DNA of 64,000 bases, from NCBI RefSeq assembly GCF_006345805.1, contig NW_021836127.1, positions 208,012 through 272,011 on the forward strand, in the 5' to 3' direction. The translations under genes were made by a program, and so were the position numbers. Source of the stretch: Octopus sinensis. Lineage: Eukaryota. The number at the start of each line of letters is the position of its first letter. Within the stretch, counting starts at the first letter, position 1. The notes beneath the pieces were generated by a model, which saw nothing but the letters and a program-made list of their open reading frames with translations, was not told the DNA's origin and ran no database searches. Of the stretch, positions 52,403 to 64,000 are shown one piece after another.

Positions 52403-52759
52403 TAATCGAGAGCAAAAAGGCTTAAGGGACTCTAATCGGTACTTTGTAAGTGGGTTGAAAAATGTTTCCATTTGTGCAAAAAGGAGGCAGGAAGGGATAC
52501 CGATATGGGATTCAGCAAGCCCTCATGAGGCCAAAAAATAAAACAGTAAACGGAGGTCAGATTAAATAATAATTCGAATGATGATTAATGTCAATATTCT
52601 AGTCAAACTCGTATTGAAAATATATTAGAAAATAAATTTTGAAAATCATTGAATAGGCTCAGTAAAAAAACTCAGCTGTTCGTTAAGAACGATATTTTGA
52701 ATTTATATTATTTTAATAATTTTTCCTGTTGTGTGTGGATGCCTTTTTCTACAAAACGT

Positions 52760-53127
52760 AGATTTGATACCAAATGCAAATCATTTCAAAAAAGTGACAA
52801 CTTCAATATTTCTTTCCGAGTTGAATGGACACGTGCTGTTAATGTGGCTACATCTGGTGCTTCATCAATCATTGAAGAAAAAACTGGCGTTGCAACTCAA
52901 TTCAGAGGATAGGTCAACCTGCAAATGGAGGATGTGATTTTTTGATATTTCACTGTATTTTGCACCAGGAGGTACTCTACACCAAGTCATTTAAAATAGA
53001 CCATGTAATGGAGGCAGTCATTTGGACAATAAATTTTATCAGTGTCAGAGGTCTAAATCATCATCAATTCGTATTTTCATCGCAAAAAGTGTAATTTTCA
53101 CCACATCGAATGCTGATTTAAATCGTT
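52760..53127 (+). mobile_element. GTF2IRD2-type hAT transposase fragment, cut at the duplication junction
   Basis: VNVATSGASSI, FHCILHQEVL, INFISVRGLNHHQF. Confidence 0.8.
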
Positions 53128-54144
53128 AAGCTGGCACAGCGGCGAGGAGGGCAGAGACCCGGAAGAAACACAAGTACGCCTCGCTCGCCGACAGATTCCT
53201 CTTTGTGCCTGTTTCAGTCGAAACATCAGGCACATTCGGCCCAGCCACGCTACGTTTTCTCACCGAGAGAGGCCGTCACCTCGGGAGGATTAGAAACGAC
53301 CCCCGCGAGGTCAATCGGCTTTTTGAGCGCGTCTCAATAGCCGTACTCAGGGGAACAGTTTCTCTATTCTCTCTGCGGCCAGCAGCTGACTTCCTGTTCC
53401 ATTTTCTTTTCTTTAGATTAATTTGATTATATTATTTTTTATTATTCAAAAATAATTTTTTCAATCCATTTTTAAAAAAAAATTTAAAAAATAAGTAAAT
53501 ATAAATCTTCACGCTGTGCAATGTTTGAAAACATCTGATTTATATAAGCGTAATATCTCAATCCAATTGATATTCCATTTATAAAGGATTCACATATATC
53601 GTATGTATCCTGAAATATATTCTTTTCATATCAGCTTATCATTTAATTGGTTGTACTTGCAAATTATAATTTCTAGATTCTATTTGTACACTTATTTAAT
53701 TTTTTTAAGCTGATAAATTAACATTACAAAACCGATTTTAGTGTTACAGTAAACAGAATAAACATAACTATAGCATTTTGTAAATCCCCATAGATGACAC
53801 AATCTTTTCAAATAACAAAAGAAAGTAGTTTCGGAAGACGTCATCGCCCTTTAGTCCTGTCAAATCGAGTTTAACTATTTATTTACTTTTTATCTAAAAT
53901 CAGTTTATTGAAATCAAAAAGAGTAAATGTACATCAAAAGTTAAAGTTTATAATTTTTAAAACTTAGAACAGTCGGACATCATGATCGTAATTATAAAAA
54001 ACATTCATATTTAAATTAGAAACTTATCCTGAATCCAAGCCCTGGATCTTTAGCCTATGTTTATCAACCAGCTCTATATAATCAATAAATCATAAAAGAA
54101 ATATCCATATTAAAATAAAACCAAAATAAATTAGTGTAAATAAA

Positions 54145-57100
54145 TTAAACCGAAAGACTAAATATTTGATTGAAAGAGTCTCCAACAATTTCACGGGCAT
54201 TTGCATTAGGACAAATCACATCCACAGATGCTGTCTTTTCATAATACGAAACCACAAGTCTTGCGAGTACCAACATACCATTGTCAAATTTCATCGATAA
54301 ATGAAACACATTCCGCCCCAAATCGTCAAAATTTACAAACAAGCTAAAAATATTCAACTTCTTCAACTCCGCTGACAAAATACCTACAAATCAAACACGA
54401 ATGTAAGCCTTGATCGGGAAATGGAAGTGTGGGTAAATCGATGCATGTTTTATAATCAGGCTGCACATTGTACCACCATGAATTCTGATAGTTAGCCAAA
54501 TTTCCACTCGGGGCGAACAAAACTGCCCCGTGTACTAACGTCTGGATAACTCCTTGGTTCATATTGACCACAAACTATCTCAATTGTCCAAAAAAGTACC
54601 TTTGGGTAGATTAAAGTCGGAGATTTTGCCATAAAACATTGCTGAAAACTGATTGCTGTCTCAAAAGACACGTGATTGTGTGAGTTTGATATAACTTGAG
54701 GTTGAAACGGTACAATTAGCCCAAAACTGTCAAGGTTGTCAATTTATACAGCTTCAAACCTATTTTCTGAGACTGACACGTTTTTAAACACCAACTGCTG
54801 TGCTGAACTTCCAAAAATATCCACTTTGGCAATAATAGCTTCCCCTCTACTCCAGAAAACATCCATTCGTAGACACCCTGAACTCACTTTACAACTCCAA
54901 GACTACAAATCAATCAATCAACTAAAAAACAAACATAATTGGTCCTTTGAACTTGGCTTTGTGCCTTTACTGACATGAACATTGAGTCGTCGTGACTGTA
55001 GGGAGGCGGATCAACCAACTCGTCCATGTTTGACCCAAAATCTCCCATTAAATTGAGGGAGGACGGCTCAATATGTGAACTCTGAGGGTCGAATGTATTA
55101 AAAAACTAATATTAAACTCACATAATACCAAAGAATCATCCAAAATGTTATCAGGAGTCGACTCTGATTTTTTCGTATTGTCAGGAATTAGAAACTGTTC
55201 GTCAAAGCCCAGTAAATCATTCAAAAGATTCCCAGATTGACCACTAACACGAACATTGGTTAAATCAGTTGTATTATCCTCACGTCTATAAAGGTTTATT
55301 AATTCACTAACGTTCTAGAAACAGTTGTCACGCTATTTCCTGTCCATATGCAAGAGATGGAGGCTTGTGAGTAATAGAAGCCATGCTCCCAATGTGTTTT
55401 ATCATTTCACTGAGTAGCTTTGGGTCAAGTGAGTCAATTTTTTCACTTATGGCTGGCTTTGTACTCAAAATAATCTCCTTTGCTGCCTCAGGGTCACTCG
55501 ACAGGAGTCTCCAGTAAATAAATCCCCGATCTCTTAAATCAGGGTTTAGACTGTCCTAATGACTATAAAATGAAGAAATGTACTTTTGTGCACAAATCCA
55601 ATATTTTCTCTACCAAATCCTGTCCTGACGGATTCTTGAGGTAATATTTGACAACTGAAGTCAGTAGTTGTAGTTGCACCTGTTTTATTCTAGTTTATTA
55701 AACAACCTGAATATCCTCGTCAGAGAATGTCTCGATAAATGAGTTTAGTAGTTCATCTGCATTTTCTATTCGTTCAGAATACTCTCCGACAATCCAAACC
55801 ATCGCTGCTCTAAAAGTAACCCCTGATAACCCACCTTGACTCTGGTTCATCCAACAAATCAAAATTCTCACAAAAATTTCCAATTATACTTTCATATTTA
55901 TTCGGATATTTTCTAATATATCCTAAACTAGTTATATCCATCAACCCGAATGACTACTATAGCCTCTTGGATGATATAATCGACTTTAGACTTTACAAGT
56001 TCCTGCAGAGTGAGGACACACTGTTCTGCCACATCGGGGATCTTTATGGCACAACAACCAATGGCACGGACCGACTTTCTTACAAAGTCAATGTCTACTC
56101 CTGTGGCGTACCTGAACAGTCATAAACTCACACAAACTCCTTCAATTCAGGCAGAACTCGACTTATGTTGTCAATGTTAGTCAGACGTGTTATAATCTCC
56201 AGTTTCTCTAATTTTACATAAATCATGTCGTTGTATTTGACAAAGAAATTTGCGACTTCATTACACAACACGTTTGGCCTGAAAATTTTTAGGGTGGTTA
56301 ACCTCTTTTGTAGGATTAGATTAATGTTACGTAACCCCACATATTGGATCTCTGAGGGGGCGGAAAGCATAGTTATGAGAGGATTTGACAGTTTTTATCA
56401 CACGAGCTTAGAAATTCTTCATCAGTCAGTCGTTCCATCATCCTCATCATCACTTTAATTGTCGACAGAACAACTCCTGCATTCGAATGAGACAACCTCT
56501 GAGTAACACGTTCACAAATTCTATATTAATTCCAATCTGGCTACGTTTTGGCCTCTTTTTCTGTGCTTGGTTGATAGGCAGCGATATAATCCAAAATAGT
56601 GATCTGTCCCCATTCTGTACACTCGTTGAGAGCATTCATCAACAGATTAAGTTCACTTTGGGATATTTCTGCATTCTTTCCCAAGGAAATCTGCTGCATC
56701 TCAGACATTGTGGCCACAGCATTAGCCACGACCTACACAATCAGATAACAGACCACCATAGAATTGGAATCTGTGAGGTAAGACTTTATATTTGAGAAGC
56801 CTTGGTCTTCTACTAGTTTAGGATTCAGTTTGTAGAGTTTTCCAATGCAAAGAACTGCAGTTTTCCTTACATAGGGGTCACTGTCCTTTAGACATTTACG
56901 AAGTGGGTCACATAAATATTCTGTCACACAATTCACATTCATACAAGCCATAGTTCTGATTGCAAGGGCACGAACGAGGGGAAATGGCTCGTTTGTGTCC
57001 TAAAATGAGTGGTGGGATATGACTTTGACAAATGAATTGACTGCCATTATAGCCATGTCGGGATTAGAGTGGGAATAGTTTAACAGATATATATAAACCA

Positions 57101-57393
57101 GTTTTTTTAATTCCAAATCAGAGGTTTGACTGCAATTCAAAACGTCAACAAACAAGGAACTAAATTACACACGTCAGTTATTTTGAACAAATGTTTTTTA
57201 TTCAAAATATGTCAAGTATGTGATATTTTTGTACCTTACATCTTTTCCTGAGGTCATGAAAAATATCACTTTCTTTACAGCGTCCTTTCTTTTAAAAGGT
57301 TTATCGCTGGTTAATTCTGATTTTATTTCATTTAATTCGCCTATATTTGTTAAATATATATTTTCAACTGTTTTTGGCGTATGTTGAGGACAT
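54145..57393 (-). CDS. AP1B1: AP-1/AP-2 beta-adaptin, copy 2
   Basis: Same exon structure as copy 1; 1-nt deletions near 55915 and 56395; TTG vs TSG difference in FFMT(T/S)GKD. Confidence 0.9.
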
Positions 57394-57804
57394 TGGTTAT
57401 ACACCAGGTTAACGAGAAGATTAATTAGATATTTATTTGATAATTTAAATTTTGAATAACGTAAATCTTTATAATATATTTAATAATTTAAAAAAACAAG
57501 AAAAGAAATAATAATTAACCGGCGTCCTGGTATTCTCAGTCAAACATAACTTTTGGTTTAAACTTTCAAGCCTGTCATCTCCGGGTGTTTGATTATTCCT
57601 AATTTTTTCCAAAATTGATTCAAATATATTTTTTATTATAATTGAAAAAATATTTTTTTATTTGGAAAACCGAATTTAAAAAAATGAATAAAATTATATA
57701 TCACTTTCATTTGTAACCTGTATTGTACGTACTGTCCGCGTCTCTCTTATTCAAAAAATTTCAATTTTTTCCCACCCAAAATTTCAGAAATAAAATATTA
57801 ACAA

Positions 57805-60800
57805 ATGACAGACCGTAAAGTTTATAATAAAAAAAGATTTACAAAACAAGGTTTTTGGATAAAAACCATTTTTTACTATTTTTATAGAAATCAAGAAAAA
57901 CACGAATTTATAGCACTCGGTAAATCCCAAATTATTTATAAATAAACAGGAACAAAAATAAACTCAAAAACATCAGAAAAACTTTTCAAATCCTCGGATT
58001 TCACTCCACACATAAAACAAAGCGACAACACCTCAGGATTAAAGAACAAAACTAAAATTGACTTAGATTTAGGCTCAGATTCTTTTGGTGTTTTAAATTT
58101 TATTATTTTTAAGTCAACCCTTCCGACCTTATGAAGGAAGCCGACGCTGCCTCGTCCGAACACGCGAAAAAGATTGCAATTCTGTGTGGAAAAGCAATTC
58201 TTTTCCGTTCAGATTTGAATTTCTTTTTCCCTCTGTTTTCTATTGCAAAAAAATATTCCGCTATTTTTCTGGAAGAAGAAATATTGAATGTTTGTTTTTT
58301 GAGTTCATTTTTAATTTAGTTACTTAAAGATTTGATAAAAAGAGGCGGGAAAAATAGTGAATTGGAAACAATTTGTTCTCTAAATGTGATTTTCTGGAGT
58401 TTAAATAACGTCCAGGAATGGCCTGTTTTTCTTATGGAGGTTTATTTTTTTTATAATTATAAATGTAGTATTTTCTAGACGATTTTTTATCTGATGATCG
58501 CTGGTGTGAGTTGAAACAATGTCAGGGACTGGTCTCTAATCTAATTTCCTCATTCGAACCTATCCACCACGCTTTTCAACTCCCAAACCTCATAGCTTAT
58601 CGTCCCTGTATTGTCTAGTAAAACCAATTTCCTAGTATCTATCCAAAGTACTCTCATTCATCATCATTTAATATTTTCCTCGAATCTATGGTCCCTTTTG
58701 ACAGATATTTAACCACACGGAAACAAGTCGGGGACTTGTAGTCAGTGCCCTAAGCAGAAATACAAGAGAGACTACCCCAGCTATGGTAAAATTGGTTGGA
58801 CTGACGGCTTGTTATGATTCTGTCAAACACTTTTTGTCAGCTTGTTTGGAGCAATGGATTCAGTCCACTAAGGCATTGACAGTTTTGTTTACTCTTAGCT
58901 TGTCCCTTTAATATTTGAGGCATTTGATGCGTGTTGTATGGCAAAGTGGGAGAATGTCGATTGTGATTATTTTCGCGAGTTTATTAAAAATGTCATAAAA
59001 ATTCGTTTCAAATCAAATCAGCTGACTTTGGTTGAATCGTCTTTTAAGTTATTGTTTGTACTAAAAATATTTTAGAAAATTATTGGCCGTAAATGGCGAT
59101 TATTTTGGCCAAATGACGAATTTTATTATTAAATGTGAGGCCAAATCGTTCAGAACTTGCGGAGGCATTTGATTGGTCATTGCTTGTTTGTGAATAGAGA
59201 AATATCAACTGATGTATATTTTGTAATTTACGATTTTAGTGTCTTGTTGATTTTTTTGTGAATTATTTGTTCGATAACTCTCAAATTGCTCTTATCAATT
59301 TGATTCGAGATTTTCCTCAAGCTGCCGCTTTTCAGTGATAACTTTACTTTGCTTTATTCGAAATTGTTGCTCAGATCGAATGGTCCTGGTTGCATATCGA
59401 CTTTCTCTTATCATTCATTTGAGGAATACTGCGACATGATTGTTGAAATAGGGTGCTGTGCGATGAATGTATTTAGCTCATCCACAAACCTTAAAAGTAT
59501 TGACTTTTTTATTATTTTTATTAAATTGATTAAATATACTAATTTCAGAATATGGGAAATACATTAATACAGTCCGTCAAAGTGTCCTTGAGTGGCTAAA
59601 AAATATTTCCCTGTCCATTCCTGATTTGTGTAAATCACGATTTGAGACATGGTTGGTATTTTAGCCTCAATTTAAAGGATTAAGCGAATTTTCTGCTATG
59701 AAGAAATTTGTCGTTACAACTTTTTTACGGACAATTTAAATATAGATTCAAATGGTTATTTATTGATTTACTTAACTATTTTAGGTCGATTGGAAATTTG
59801 TTTAGTTTCCTCGAATTTGTTAGAAAATTTATTGCTAATTGCCAATAATCCAGTCAAATTGATTAGTCCCAACGTTGTTCAAAATATTATATTATATTGG
59901 CTTATTTTTGCTGAGACTAGCCGGTTTAAGTAATTTAAATATTTTATTTAGTTCAAACCAAGACTTACATAATGTTGAATATGTATTGGAACTTGTTTTT
60001 GACCTTTCATTATATAATCCTCCAATGTAGAATGTTTATTTGTATATATAAGGGAGACTATCCAAGACCTGGAGCGTAGATTTGCTGTCTCTGATCTGTA
60101 TTGGAGTAGTTGGATGATTGCAATGATTTTGGTAATTTTCTATGCTAAGGATCCGGCCAAATTGATGGCAAAGTTCCCCACATTGAGTTCTCTAGTCGAG
60201 TTGGTCATATCAGAGTTTTGAATTCCTAAAATTAATATTTTAGTGATTCCTCGGCAATATTTCCTCTCGAATCTCAGGTTTTATTATTTCAAAATTATTT
60301 CTCAGATTCGAGAGCAGGAAATTGTGGATATACTTAATTTAGAGAACAAACTTGCAGGAGAGACAATTAACGACCAAAACAGCCACCTCAAAAATTATTT
60401 AACTTACTTCAATGTCTAGTATCCAAGCCTATAAAATGATATTTTAGTGGACCAGCGAGACTACCTTCGTTGAAATTTCGTGCTTTGCTTGATAAAGTTA
60501 GAAAGTTGTTAAAACTCGATCATTATATAATCGAAATGAACAACCATTCGTTATTTGTTGAGATTATAAATAAAACAGAAGTAATTTTAACAAATATATT
60601 GTAGAATCTATCCCGATGTAATGCAATGGTAGACAGTGCCATCAAAATTGATTGTGAGATCACACAAATCCTGGATTGTTCATTTCTCATATCATATCTC
60701 GTTTTCAAAGTAACACGTGACTGCAAGGATTTTGTATTTTTGTATAAATAATGAATTAGAGTCTCCCTCAGTGTTATTTGCCATTGCTCGTGAATTTAAA

Positions 60801-63800
60801 TGCTCGATGCTGCTGTGATTCGTCGTCGGTCATTCACCATCTTTTTGAATTGTTTACTTTTTTGAGTCTCCCCGACGAAAGTGATAGATTTCATTCGATT
60901 TTGGTATTTTGGCATATTTGACTTGAGGTACTCGATTTGATATTTGCTGGTGACGTGACGGCAGAACACGGAAGTTTATTTCACAGCTCGAACTGAAATC
61001 GTTTTTCGTGGAATGTAAACCAATGATTGTGCGATACATATTTAAGGTTAAAAATTCACTAAATAAAAATATTAGGCAATTTATTCTGAGACGAATAAAC
61101 TAATGCTAATGAAATATTTGTTCTTTTTGTCGAATCATATATCCATCGTTGGAACTGAAATAAATGTTTTGTACATTCATTATTTTAGTCCCTTACTGAT
61201 TGGATTATCTCCCATCATATTGTTTTTGACCACCTCATCATCATTTAACCAATGAAGTAATCTTCAATCTAGAGAAGGTATATCTCGGGGCGTACCAAGT
61301 CATCAAAAACAATGTTAGTTTATTTTCATTTGTTAATTATATTTTCATATGTGTATTTTTTTAGAGAGAGAATGGAAATTCCGATTTTTAGCTGTTTTTG
61401 TTTTTTTTTTGCTTGTTTAAAGAATTCTGATGGAGAATTAAGTGATTGTTTACAAGATGCGTGTTTTTCTGAACTAATTTTTTCCAGTGGTTGGCTATAA
61501 AAGTCTTTTTTTCTCACTTAAAAATACTTTATTTTACAGGTTTTAATAGTTTTTAATTTAATTATTTAATAGTACTTAAATCAATGGATGATGAGACGTG
61601 CATAAGACTTCTTTGTTGCAATTTACTCCCAGATTATAAAATTGAATTATTACTACAAAAATTGGAGCAGAATCGTCAATAGAAGTGCATAACGTTCCAA
61701 TAATATCACAAATTGTACAAAATTGGCAAAATAGAAATAATTCTAAGCTTGGAAGTCAATTTATTAACATTTCTACATTCAAAAATAGTTGTTTATCGAG
61801 TAATACTTATCAAGTTAGTATTATAGCTAATAAAGACGACACCCACATGGAAATAGAGTCACATAATGAAAACAAATTAATTTCTGTATTTTATATCAAA
61901 AATATTATTTTCAGATAATAAATAATTCGTTTAATGATCATTCAAAGTCAGATTTTATTAGTTGTATTACTGTATATTTTTGATTATGATTAATTTTAGG
62001 ACGAGTCGAGAGGGGCTTATGTGCTTAAGGATATATTGGAGGTTTACCACCTTATTAAAAAATCTATTTTAGGCGGTTAATGAACTTGGAATAAAATTAT
62101 TTGAATTTATCGAGAACCTTGATAACATTGCTGGCATTAAAGTGTCAACATTGTGTGTAGATGTACTATTTAATTATATTGTAAGTATATATTGAGTCGT
62201 TTACTAATTTAATAGTATGAAGAATATTGGGCGGAATTGGTTTCCGAGTTGCTTATGAATTCCGAAACCAATTCGAATTTGTCATTAAAAATAAGAACTA
62301 AGCTAATCAAGTATCGACTTGACCCTGAATCCTTTCTTTCTAACGAGAAATATTTGGTTTGTTGATTAAATAATATTATTTTGACGACGAAGTGGTTGAT
62401 GTACAGCTGTGTAAAATGGAATGCGAGGAGAACGTAAATTCATCGAGTTTAGAGAGGATATGGAACGAGGGCATTCCTTTAGAAAGAGCAGAAATGGAAA
62501 TTCAACCAACTTCTATCAACAGAGAAATTGGAGGATTTGATTGAATTCGCAGCCAAAATTGTTTTCCGTCAAAAGAATTATCACATAAATATTTAATCGG
62601 TTTTATACAAACATATTTGAACGAGCACAGGTTTTGTGTAATGTTTATATTACTAAGTGCTAAAATTGAGTGGAGTTTGTGTAAACGAATTCGTCTCGAC
62701 TATTTGTTGTGGCATTTTATTCGTGCATGTGAGGAAGCTTGTAGTCCTGATTTAATAAACGCACATTTCACGTTATTATATAGCATTGCAGAATATGATG
62801 TGGAGTCACTCAAACTTTGTATATCACAAACTGATAAGTATTGTTTAATTACATAATAACTTAGTCCGGGTATCAAAAATAGTCTTTATTCTCTTGCATA
62901 TATTCGAGCACCTTCTAAATTCCCGCAAAGTTGTATTCTCAGTCAAATATAAAGTATTTTGATTTTTGTTTTGCTAGACTGCTGATTTGTTTATTCGAAG
63001 GCTTTTGTTTTGCTTTCCAAACCCGAGACTGGACTAAGAGCCAAAAATCGAATGCAAAAAGCTTCTCTTTGCAGAAAAATAATCAAATCTTACCCTCAGT
63101 TGTTCTTAAGGTGAGATTTGTGTTCTATTCTGTAAAGATACTTGCCTTGTTGGGATCTTTGATTTGTGGCCGGGGTAATTTTACATTCAACGAACTCACA
63201 TCAAAGCATATTTATCATTTTTTTGCACATGTCGTCGGCTTATTGGACTATTCGTTGACATTACCTCTGAATGTTAACCCAGAGGCAGTCTGCCGGATAT
63301 TCGATGCTTTTATTATGCTAATTAAAGTATGTTTTAATTTCTATGAATATTTATTAACATTTTTTTAAATGTTAATAAATGCAATATATTTTTTATTATA
63401 TAAAAATATGTTTAGACTCAATTGGAGACTAAAAATCCACAAGGAATAAACGGAATCAAATCAATCGTAGTTAAATTTGTTTATTTGGTAAAGCGACTGC
63501 TCTACATGCATCCTCGTGAGACAATTACGACTGCAAAGTTGGCTCTTCCATGCCTCAAGTTGATGTGCTATAAAGTAATTAACATAGAGAATATATTAAC
63601 TCTATTTGTCATCCGGGGAGTCTTCTTTCTGAAGTGAATGCTCTTGAAGTGGCTATATCCATTGATACACGTGGTTCAAATTATTTGAATATTTTTTCTC
63701 GCCGGCTGACATTAAAGAAAGACTGTGATTCCTAATTTTAGTTTTGATTTAAGGAAATCATATAGAGGTATATTTAAACTACTATTTTTTAGATTTTTAT

Positions 63801-64000
63801 GGCAGTTTGCAAGAATTAGACAATATTTCTAAACGTAGGGTTGACGTCCTTTCCGATTGCAGTTTTTGTTTTTTTATAATTTAGCCCGAATTGGTGGAAT
63901 TTTGTAGAAATTCTACAAACAAGTTCAAAAATAAGTTCTCGTCGTTCTTTCTCGTCAGTTGATGACAAATCCGAGTGAAAACTTGGAAGCGAGTACTAGA
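57805..64000 (+). CDS. INTS1: Integrator complex subunit 1, copy 2 (3' end outside the window)
   Basis: Near-identical to copy 1, with more single-base deletions toward the window end. Confidence 0.82.

Larger units (their letters stand above)
53128..64000 (+). repeat. Segmental direct duplication, copy 2 (runs off the window)
   Basis: Begins AAGCTGGCACAGCGGCGAGG inside the CRE fragment; near-identical to 34303-45205. Confidence 0.97.

Noticed and set aside
1-64000. Prokaryotic or typical microsporidian origin
   Set aside because: Dense spliceosomal introns and an INTS1 gene argue against both, although the exact taxon cannot be fixed from this window.

Overview
This is AT-rich eukaryotic nuclear DNA, not prokaryotic. 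Its genes are cut by very short (about 17-33 nt) spliceosomal introns, which with a divergent INTS1 suggests a genome-reduced animal parasite such as a myxozoan or dicyemid (inference only). Host genes: an orphan type I membrane glycoprotein with in-frame stops (1.2-2.4 kb), a split CCT-alpha/TCP1 pseudogene, a TBC1D24-like TBC+TLDc gene, and a head-to-head beta-adaptin (AP1B1/AP2B1) / INTS1 pair. That pair is present twice in a near-identical direct duplication of at least 10.8 kb (34303-45205 vs 53128-64000). The rest is nested transposon debris: pogo/Tigger, Tc1/IS630, Merlin, hAT, Ginger-type integrases, and CRE-, R4- and RTE-like non-LTR fragments. Highlights are a decayed rhabdovirus-type glycoprotein gene (endogenous viral element, 15049-16332), a fold-back Tc1/IS630 element with 12 x 21-bp arrays in each arm, a transposon integrase with micro-introns, an inverted-repeat element with telomere-like repeats, and three insertion blocks bracketed by long direct repeats. 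Homology calls come from manual translation and remembered family motifs; no database search was run. Homopolymer indels suggest long-read consensus errors, so some frameshifts may be artefacts.
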